From Candidatus Latescibacterota bacterium (GTDB taxonomy: Bacteria > Latescibacterota > UBA2968), in NCBI GenBank assembly GCA_965222605.1, contig OZ244960.1, forward strand, positions 5,120,001 to 5,184,000: 64,000 bases of DNA. The letters are read 5' to 3'. The notes beneath the pieces are model-generated. The model worked only from the letters and a program-made list of their open reading frames with translations, was not told where the DNA came from and did not search any database. Of the stretch, positions 19,918 to 27,674 are shown one piece after another (within the stretch, counting starts at the first letter, position 1; every line of letters begins with the position of its first letter). The position numbers and the translations under genes are program-made.

Positions 19918-21219
19918 ATGGAAACTCGATTGCAGGCCGGATTTGCACGAACGGATATTACCCCAGATCTGGGATGCCTGCTGATGGGCTACCCGGATCC
20001 AGACCGCAGAGCCGAATCCGTACGCGACCGACTCTACGCGAATGCGCTCTACCTGGAACAAAACAGCGTGAGAGCCGTTATCCTCAGCCTGGATGTGAGC
20101 CTTGTAGATGATGTCGAAGTCGAGTCCATTCGTCGGGGAATCCTCGATCGCACAGGCATCCCTTCAGATCATATCACTGTCTGTGCTATCCAGACTCACA
20201 GCGGACCCTGCACCCTTGAGTGCTGGGGATGGTGCGAAAAGGACAAACCTTATATCGAAAGGCTCGTCGAGAGAAGTATTGAAGCCGCCGTCACAGCTGC
20301 TCAATCTCCCATACCTGTAACTGTGGGCATCGGCACAACGCAGAGTGACGTGGGAGTCAACCGTCGAGTGGTCCTTGAAAACCACGAGGTTGCTCTGGGT
20401 GTCAATCCCTGGGGGCCTTACGATCCCGAGATGACCCTTTTGCGATTTGAAGGGAAGGATGGGCCGCTTGTCTCATTGATCCACTACGGCGCGCATCCAA
20501 CCGTTTTCTCCAGTGCCAACAGGGCAGTGTCCCGCGATTGGCCGGGTGTCATGATCGACCGGGTGGAACACCTCACGGGTGCTCCGGTTTTCTTTGTCAA
20601 CGGTGCCGTCGGTGATATCGCCCCCCGCACTAATAGTCTCCGCGCCGTCGGAGATGGCGAAATGGCACTCATGGAAGTCGGTTTGCGAGCCGGAATGGAT
20701 GCGATGCGTGCGTACCGGTCCATCAAGACGTTCCAGGACCTGCCGTTGTCCATCATTAACGGGGACATCACGATGCCCTACCGGTCGCTGCCGCCACTGG
20801 AAGAAGCCGAGCGGGAGTTCGCCTTGACTAAATCCGAAAAGGATGAGCCAGGGAGGGGCATGTGCGAGTACAAACACTGGGAAGCCGTTATCCATGCCCA
20901 CAAAACCGAACCGTTACCTGGCAAAACCTACCGGCAGGTGATCACCTCTCTCGGACCGATCGCATTTGTCCCTTTCCCTGGCGAGCCATTCGCAGAAATC
21001 GTACTTCGATTGCGCCAGTACAGTCCCTTTCAATATACGCTTTGCGCCAGTACTTCGTGTGGCAGCTATGGCTATTTCGTCACGCGGGATTCGCTGCACC
21101 GCGGTGGGTACGAAGTCTGGGTGGCCAAAGCCTTCGGCGCATACATCCTGGCGGAGAACATCGACGATGTTCTGGTCGAAGAAAATCTGGCTCTCCTGCG
21201 CAATCTGCATGACCTGTAG
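19918..21219 (+). CDS. Neutral/alkaline ceramidase-like amidohydrolase (copy 2)
   Basis: AGFARTDITP, D.LYA, QTHSGP, VNRR, GPYDP, YGAHP, S.DWPG, NGA.GD, PGEPF, GGYE. Confidence 0.8.
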   Translation: METRLQAGFARTDITPDLGCLLMGYPDPDRRAESVRDRLYANALYLEQNSVRAVILSLDVSLVDDVEVESIRRGILDRTGIPSDHITVCAIQTHSGPCTLECWGWCEKDKPYIERLVERSIEAAVTAAQSPIPVTVGIGTTQSDVGVNRRVVLENHEVALGVNPWGPYDPEMTLLRFEGKDGPLVSLIHYGAHPTVFSSANRAVSRDWPGVMIDRVEHLTGAPVFFVNGAVGDIAPRTNSLRAVGDGEMALMEVGLRAGMDAMRAYRSIKTFQDLPLSIINGDITMPYRSLPPLEEAEREFALTKSEKDEPGRGMCEYKHWEAVIHAHKTEPLPGKTYRQVITSLGPIAFVPFPGEPFAEIVLRLRQYSPFQYTLCASTSCGSYGYFVTRDSLHRGGYEVWVAKAFGAYILAENIDDVLVEENLALLRNLHDL

Positions 21220-21297
21220 GCCATCACATTCAGGTTTCACCCATGGATATCCTCCAGGAGAATCAACTTCCGGGCTGTTGACTCTTCGCCTTAGAGG

Positions 21298-22854
21298 TCA
21301 ACCCCTGCGTTCGGCGGCTGAGCCAAAGCCGCCGCCGCCGGCCTCGCGCATCGAAATCCGATCACCGGGTGACAGCTCGACACGCGATTTGGGGTCGACC
21401 GGTTGACCATTGACTTCGTACCGGCGAAGTGCCCCGTCGTCGCCGCCTTGTAGCCCCTTGGCTGCAAATTCGGTTCGCTGACCCATTAGGGCGATCTCGA
21501 GGAGATGGCCGGTGTCATTACGAAAGACCACTTCCTGGCCGTCGCCGCCGCGCCACTTCCCGTCGCCGCCTGTGTCGGGTAGGATCTCACGCTTTTCGAT
21601 GGTGATGGACGTGCGGTTTTCCCAGACCTCCGTGGGGACCACAGTCATGTTGGACGGCGCCGGTGTGACGGCGCGGCCATCCTGCCCCAGCATGGCACCG
21701 AGCCCGCCGGCGAGAAAGAAGAGTGAGGAGATTTCCTCGCCGTCACGGTGACGTCCCTGGACGCTGAAGACATTCATCATGGCGGCGTCGGCTTGGACAC
21801 GGTCCGGCAGGGCCGGCGCCATGGCACCCATCAAGAGCGGGACAACGAAGTGACCCACCGAATGTCGCCCACCGGTCGCCCACGGCGGTTGCGCATTGAG
21901 GATGCAATGATCGGGTGCCGAGATATCGATCGGCCGTGCCGCGCCGGCATTGTTCGGCAGATTGGGGATCGTCAGACACTTGATCACGTAGTTGGCCTGG
22001 GCGCGGGTGTAACAGAACGGCACGTTAATTGAGGCCCGCACAGGGCCTTCAGTGCCGGTGAAATCTATGGCGACATGACTGCCGTCTACTCTGACGTTGG
22101 CGGCCAGTTGAATTGGCCGGCCCGGCCCCTCAATTACAATGGCATTGGCATAAGAGCCGTCAGGGATCTCGGCGATGCGTTCGCACATTGCGGCCTTGGC
22201 GTGATCGTTGATGGCGTCGGAGAGTGTTTCGAGCTCATCGAGACCGTACTCGTCCATGAACTCCAGCAAGGCCCGCCCGCCGACTTCGTTACAAGCGACG
22301 TTCGCCATCAAATCGCCAATCGTCTGTTCCGGAACGCGGACGTTGGTGCGAACAATATCGAGGAGGAGTTCATTCAGCTGCCCACCGTCGCTTAGCTTGC
22401 ACACGGGAAGGCGCAGGCCCTCGTGGTACACCTCCGTGCAGTCAGACGCCATGCCTTTGCCGCCGATATCCGGCAGATGCGTGACACTCATGGTGAACCC
22501 TGTCAGGCGATCGCCACGAAATACCGGACGCATGACATTGATGTCGAATAAGTGACCGGTGCCCATCCATGGATCGTTGGTGGCGATGACATCGCCGGGT
22601 TTCAACGTGTTGGCCGGAAACGCACGCAGCATGTGAGCGATGGTCTGTGGTGCCGTTCCGGTGAAGGACGGCACCGAGTAGCTGCCCTGCGCCACGAGGT
22701 GTGCCCTGGCGTCAAAGATCATACATGACAGGTCGTAGCCCTCTCGAACATTCATGGAGAACGATGTGCGGACGAGCGACAGGACGAGTTCGTCGGCAAT
22801 CGAGACCAGGCGGTCCCATAAGATCTTGAGACTGACGGGATCGTACTGGGTCAT
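21298..22854 (-). CDS. hyuB: Hydantoinase B/oxoprolinase-family subunit (pair 2)
   Basis: DPV.L.I.W.RL.SI.DE, RTSFS..VRE..D.S, NDPW.GTGH..D, HLPDIGG, EGLRLP, DFTGT, GGDGKWRGG, GGGGFG. Start overlaps the hyuA stop (ATGA). Confidence 0.9.
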   Translation of the reverse strand: MTQYDPVSLKILWDRLVSIADELVLSLVRTSFSMNVREGYDLSCMIFDARAHLVAQGSYSVPSFTGTAPQTIAHMLRAFPANTLKPGDVIATNDPWMGTGHLFDINVMRPVFRGDRLTGFTMSVTHLPDIGGKGMASDCTEVYHEGLRLPVCKLSDGGQLNELLLDIVRTNVRVPEQTIGDLMANVACNEVGGRALLEFMDEYGLDELETLSDAINDHAKAAMCERIAEIPDGSYANAIVIEGPGRPIQLAANVRVDGSHVAIDFTGTEGPVRASINVPFCYTRAQANYVIKCLTIPNLPNNAGAARPIDISAPDHCILNAQPPWATGGRHSVGHFVVPLLMGAMAPALPDRVQADAAMMNVFSVQGRHRDGEEISSLFFLAGGLGAMLGQDGRAVTPAPSNMTVVPTEVWENRTSITIEKREILPDTGGDGKWRGGDGQEVVFRNDTGHLLEIALMGQRTEFAAKGLQGGDDGALRRYEVNGQPVDPKSRVELSPGDRISMREAGGGGFGSAAERRG

Positions 22855-24941
22855 GACGTCTCTCCGCTCGGTGCCAATGTCGCAATCAAGTTGCCTATGT
22901 CATCAACTTCGATCGTGTCGCCAACGCTCAGGACGGTTGTTGCCTCATTCTCTTGGATGAGGGCAGGACCCGTTATGCGCTGCCCTTGGTCCAGGGCGTA
23001 ACGATCGTAGATAGGACAATTGGCAAGTCCCGTTGCGTCGTCGCAGAAGATACTGGCCTCACCAACCTGTTCTTGTGAGGTCAGAGCGCCGCTGAATGGG
23101 CGATAGCGATCTGCGAATTCCGGCTTAGGTCCGCTCGCCTCCACTTTCCAATTGACGATCTCAATTCCGGTATCGATTGGCGTGGCGGCAAAAATCTTGG
23201 CATAGGTTTCGCGAAAGAGATCGGCGATGCCATTGCGGTCAATGCCCGGCGGAAGCGGCACTTCAACCTCGTGGCCCTGGCCGCAATACCGCATGTCAAG
23301 CCGCCTGTCAATTTGAATCTGCGCGTCGTCAATGCCGGCCTCTGCAAGGAGGCAACGTGCTTGGCGTTCAACCAGATTGAATCCGGCGTCGAGGCCATCT
23401 GCATCCAATTCTTCGAGATTGACCCGCCCAGAGCGCAAGGTTGCATAGGAGATCGGAGTCATCAAGAGTCCAATCGCCGACATCACGCCAGCACCGACGG
23501 GGAAAACCACCTTTGGGATTCGCAGCTTTCGAGCAATACGAATGGCGTGTGCCGGACCGGATCCGCCAAACGCGATCATTGTGCAGCGGCGGTAGTCGAA
23601 GCCGATTTCCGCAGCATGGGTGCGGAATGCCCGCGCGACGTCCTCGTTGATGACCTCATGAACACCCCAGGCGGCTCGGATCGTGTCGACCCGAAGTGGT
23701 TCGGTGACATTCCGGTCAATTGCATGATGTGCGGCTTCGCTGTCCAGGATCATATTCCCACCAAGAAATGCCTCTGGAACCAGATAGCCGAGGGTCAGGT
23801 TGGCATCCGTCAACGTTGCGTTGTCGCCGCCCTGGCTATAACAGGCTGGACCGGGCTCCGCGCCGGCGCTCTTGGGTCCAACGGCCAAAAGATTGCGTTC
23901 GTCGACATTGGCGATCGACCCGCCACCGGCACCAATCTCAATCATGTCGATCACTGGGATACGGAGTGGGAGACCGCTGCCTTGCTTGAAGTCATGCTCT
24001 CGCGCCACCTCGAACTCGTAGCGGCGCAGGGGGCGGCCATTGCGGATTAGGGCGCCCTTTGCCGTCGTCCCGCCCATGTCAAATGCCAGTAGATTGGGTT
24101 CGCCAATTCGCTGTCCCAAATTGGCCGCCATGAGGGCGCCGGCGGCCGGCCCCGACTCGATAAGCCGCACCGGATAGCGCCGCGCGATTTCAGGCGTGAC
24201 CATGCCGCCAGACGATGTCATCACCAGAAAACGACCATCAAATCCCATGGTGGACAGTCCGGTCTCCAGGCGTTCGAGATAGCGATCGGTCAGCGGGCGC
24301 ACATACGCGTTGATCGTGGTTGTCGACCAGCGTTCATATTCCCGCATGAAGGGCAGTACGTCGGACGAGGTGCTGACCTGCAAGTCGGGGAATGCCTTCG
24401 CGACAGTATCTCGGGCCTGGTTTTCGTGATCCGGATTGGCATAGGCATGCAAGAAACAGATGGCCAGAGCCTCTATCCCATGCGCAGAAACCAGGTGTGC
24501 GACGGCCGCTTGGACCTCTTTTTCATTCAAGGGTGTCTCAACCTGCCCATCAAATAGGATGCGTTCCGAAAGCTCGGCGCGCAGATCCCGTGGGACGACT
24601 GGCTCTGCAAAACCCAGTCGCAGGTCGAACAAATCGTAGCGACGCTCCATGGCGATATCCAGGACATCGCGGAAGCCCCTGGTGACCAACATGCCAGTCG
24701 TCGCGCCGCGGCGTTCGATGACGGCATTCGTGACGAGCGTCGTGCCGTGTGACAGGACGGTGACGTCGGAGATATCGACGCTGGTTCGGCTGAGTAGTGC
24801 TGCAATTCCGGTCAGAACGCTGAGCGATGGATCGGACGGTGTGGTCAATTGCTTGTGTGTTGAGAGTTCGCCGGAGTCGTTATCCACCAGTGCGAAATCG
24901 GTAAAGGTGCCGCCGATATCGACGCCAAGCCTATGGGCCAT
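22851..24941 (-). CDS. hyuA: Hydantoinase A/oxoprolinase-family ATP-binding subunit (pair 2)
   Basis: GVDIGGTFTD, HGTTLVTNA, ESGPAAG, FDMGGTTAK, EIGAGGGS, SAGAEPGPACY, DMRY.GQGHE. An alternative GTG start lies at 24953. Confidence 0.9.
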   Translation of the reverse strand: MAHRLGVDIGGTFTDFALVDNDSGELSTHKQLTTPSDPSLSVLTGIAALLSRTSVDISDVTVLSHGTTLVTNAVIERRGATTGMLVTRGFRDVLDIAMERRYDLFDLRLGFAEPVVPRDLRAELSERILFDGQVETPLNEKEVQAAVAHLVSAHGIEALAICFLHAYANPDHENQARDTVAKAFPDLQVSTSSDVLPFMREYERWSTTTINAYVRPLTDRYLERLETGLSTMGFDGRFLVMTSSGGMVTPEIARRYPVRLIESGPAAGALMAANLGQRIGEPNLLAFDMGGTTAKGALIRNGRPLRRYEFEVAREHDFKQGSGLPLRIPVIDMIEIGAGGGSIANVDERNLLAVGPKSAGAEPGPACYSQGGDNATLTDANLTLGYLVPEAFLGGNMILDSEAAHHAIDRNVTEPLRVDTIRAAWGVHEVINEDVARAFRTHAAEIGFDYRRCTMIAFGGSGPAHAIRIARKLRIPKVVFPVGAGVMSAIGLLMTPISYATLRSGRVNLEELDADGLDAGFNLVERQARCLLAEAGIDDAQIQIDRRLDMRYCGQGHEVEVPLPPGIDRNGIADLFRETYAKIFAATPIDTGIEIVNWKVEASGPKPEFADRYRPFSGALTSQEQVGEASIFCDDATGLANCPIYDRYALDQGQRITGPALIQENEATTVLSVGDTIEVDDIGNLIATLAPSGETS

Positions 24942-26010
24942 GGGATGCTCCACTGAGAACTGAGTGAAACGCCCTCAGTGTGATCTCAACGGCGTTCTCA
25001 GTGATTTCGTGGTGGGTCACAAGACGCACGTCATCGCCGAACGGCAAAACCAGCACGCCCTCACGTTCAAGCGCGGCGGCAAGGGTTTCGGGGCGCATTG
25101 TGTCTGGACGTGCGAGCACGATGTTCGACTCCACCTGGGACTTGTCAATACTAAGAGTTGGCTGGGAAGACAGACCATTTGCCAGTTGTCGCGCAGTGGT
25201 GTGATCTATGTGCAGTCGTTCGATCATCGTCTCGAGCGCAACGATACCTGCCGCGGCAACAATGCCGGCCGGTCGCCAACCGCCGCCGAACATTTGTCTG
25301 ATGCGCACCGCCTCGGCGATGAACCCATCGGGTCCGGCAAGGATCGCGCCGAGTGGCGCACCAAGTCCTTTGTTGAGATTGAAGGAAACGGTATCGCATG
25401 TCATGGCGATGTCACGCGCCGGGATTCCTAAGGCGACGGCTGCATTGAAGATCCGCGCGCCGTCAAGGTGCACCGGTACCTCCTGACTGCTGGCGATGTC
25501 GTAAATAGCTGTCATGTGTGCCGTGGGCACGACACGACCTCCAGAACGCACGTGCGTGTTTTCCTGGGCGACTGCGGCGGGGCGCGGGTGCTGTGCATCG
25601 CTGTGTCGGAGGGAATCACGCAAAGCGTCGAGGTCAAGCGCACCGGCCTGGGCCGGGATCATCTTCGGCATGGCACCGGACAGCGCGGCGGTGGCGGCCG
25701 ACTCCGATGTCACCACGTGGGCGTAGGCTTCCGTTACGAACAACTCACCGGGCCTGCAATGAATATGTAGCGCAATTTGGTTGGCCATCGTGCAAGTCGG
25801 CACAAAAAGAGCGTCGTCCTTTCCGATGACCTCCGCCGCGCGATTTTCGAGGTCGGCAACGATCGTGTCTTCGCGTAGCCCGAAGCCGCAGGGTTGCCTC
25901 GCAGCACGCAGCATCGCTTCAACCATGGCCGGAGTTGGTCGGGCAACAAAGTCCGATCTGAGATCGACGACCTGAGCTGCACCGCCGTCAGCAATGTTCT
26001 CGCACATCAT
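24931..26010 (-). CDS. ltaE: Low-specificity L-threonine aldolase family, PLP-dependent
   Basis: VDLRSD, TMANQIA, AH...E, ENTH...GG, HLDGARIFNA, KGLGAP.G (PLP Lys), GGG.R.AG, VRLVTH. Confidence 0.88.
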   Translation of the reverse strand: MMCENIADGGAAQVVDLRSDFVARPTPAMVEAMLRAARQPCGFGLREDTIVADLENRAAEVIGKDDALFVPTCTMANQIALHIHCRPGELFVTEAYAHVVTSESAATAALSGAMPKMIPAQAGALDLDALRDSLRHSDAQHPRPAAVAQENTHVRSGGRVVPTAHMTAIYDIASSQEVPVHLDGARIFNAAVALGIPARDIAMTCDTVSFNLNKGLGAPLGAILAGPDGFIAEAVRIRQMFGGGWRPAGIVAAAGIVALETMIERLHIDHTTARQLANGLSSQPTLSIDKSQVESNIVLARPDTMRPETLAAALEREGVLVLPFGDDVRLVTHHEITENAVEITLRAFHSVLSGASHGP

Positions 26011-26126
26011 GTTCCTATCACCACCTGATGGCCATGGGCGTCACGGCGAAGTTTGTGAATTATTCAGGCTAGCTTCGTCGTCCATGGCACCAGCCTTGAA
26101 ATGCTTGCATAAACCCGCACAATCCT

Positions 26127-27548
26127 TTAGGTCCCAATCTCGGCGAGCAACCTAACCGCCTCCTCCACGATCTTCTCCAGACACCCCGGCTCCACCTTCG
26201 CCCACTTCGCCGGCTTGGTACGAATCTCATGCCCGCCCCGCGGGTAACTGTGACGCGGGGCGATGTAGCCGGCAAAGTCGGTTGTGTTGTGAGCGACGAA
26301 AGTATAGGGGAAGGGCGACCGGACTTTGATCTCCAGTTGGCCTTCGACGAAGGGCTCGCCGGGGAGTCCGACGAGGGCGATGTCGCCGATGCGCATGACT
26401 TGAATCTCATATGCGAGCTCTGGGGAGCGCTCGCGCTCAAGCTCCACGCTCATCAGCATGGCCGCATCCATCCAATCGGCGTTCACGCGGTGAGGCGTCC
26501 CATCTTCATCCCAGCGCGGCTCGGGGTGCTCGGCGAGGAGCTTCTTGGCGGCTGCGCGGTCGGCGGGATCGGCCTTCTTTAAGGGGAGCGGGACGAACTT
26601 CACTCGTGCGTCCAGCGTGGCCTCTTCTTCGAAGGTGAGTGCACTGAGGATGTGCCGTGAGGTCTCGGCCAGCGCGCGCCCCATTCGCCGGTGGTCCGGG
26701 ACGAAATCGGCGTGGAAGGCGGGCCACGGGTTTATGTTGCCGCAGCAACCGTTGAGCACCAGGGGAACGCACGTTTCACCGCATTCCTCCTGCATCCCGG
26801 CGCACCAAACGCCCGGCCAGTCCGGCGAGACGGTGTAGTGCTGCGTGGCGAACACGTTGACCGGATGGCACGTGAAGTGAAGGAGCATAGCGCTCATCTT
26901 CATTTTCTCATCGCGCAGACACACCATCCCCACCTCGGGGTCCGTCGGACCTTCGAGGAAGGCGATGTCCGTGGGCCCCAGCGGCCTGGACGCCCTGGAG
27001 AACTGTCCCGGCATCACTATGCCCCCATCGCGGGTTACTCCCCTCCGGTTAAAGGCCAGATCATCACGGACCGCCCGGCACGCGCCGAGTTGGACCGGAT
27101 GCAAGGCTTTGTCCGCGGCTTCAACGCACGAAAGGATTTTGCCGACGGCGTACTCGCAGTACTCAGATTGGGAGCCGCGGAGGTACTCTAGTTCAGGCGG
27201 AATGTTGGGCAGCGCCTCGTCGATGATAAAGTTGCCGAGGGGCGGCGTGGAATGGGATTGCGGAAGATGTACCATGATGTCGTCGGGCGCGATTCCACAG
27301 CGGAGCTCAATGCCCTGGCGAATCTTCTGCGTCCACGGAAGCGTGACGATTTCCAGGTCCGGTTGGACGATACAGAGTTTCCGTGTGCGGGATTCCAGGA
27401 CGAGAGCCCGGGCGTATAGCGGTTCAGCCATCGTGCGCGCATCGCGTAACACGCCCCACGTGCCGCCCAAGTGTGTGCCTGCGTTCGGCGTTATGTCAAT
27501 CAGCGCGCCGCCGGCCCGGAGGACATTGGGTCGGTCGGATGTAGTCAT
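26127..27548 (-). CDS. Neutral/alkaline ceramidase-like amidohydrolase (copy 3)
   Basis: DITP..G..L.G, EPLYARA, QSHSTP, FNRR, GPTDPEV, HFTCHP, SPDWPG, NGCCGNINP, LPGEPF, GY......GGHE. Confidence 0.8.
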   Translation of the reverse strand: MTTSDRPNVLRAGGALIDITPNAGTHLGGTWGVLRDARTMAEPLYARALVLESRTRKLCIVQPDLEIVTLPWTQKIRQGIELRCGIAPDDIMVHLPQSHSTPPLGNFIIDEALPNIPPELEYLRGSQSEYCEYAVGKILSCVEAADKALHPVQLGACRAVRDDLAFNRRGVTRDGGIVMPGQFSRASRPLGPTDIAFLEGPTDPEVGMVCLRDEKMKMSAMLLHFTCHPVNVFATQHYTVSPDWPGVWCAGMQEECGETCVPLVLNGCCGNINPWPAFHADFVPDHRRMGRALAETSRHILSALTFEEEATLDARVKFVPLPLKKADPADRAAAKKLLAEHPEPRWDEDGTPHRVNADWMDAAMLMSVELERERSPELAYEIQVMRIGDIALVGLPGEPFVEGQLEIKVRSPFPYTFVAHNTTDFAGYIAPRHSYPRGGHEIRTKPAKWAKVEPGCLEKIVEEAVRLLAEIGT

Positions 27549-27674
27549 AACGTCTCCTTCTAAAACAAAAGAATCTGTCGGCTGATCAATGAGAAATTCT
27601 GCACGAACGATTCTCGCTGCATACAGTGCAAACGATGTCGCTGGACACTATCTTCGAGAAGCATGTGTTTTCTA

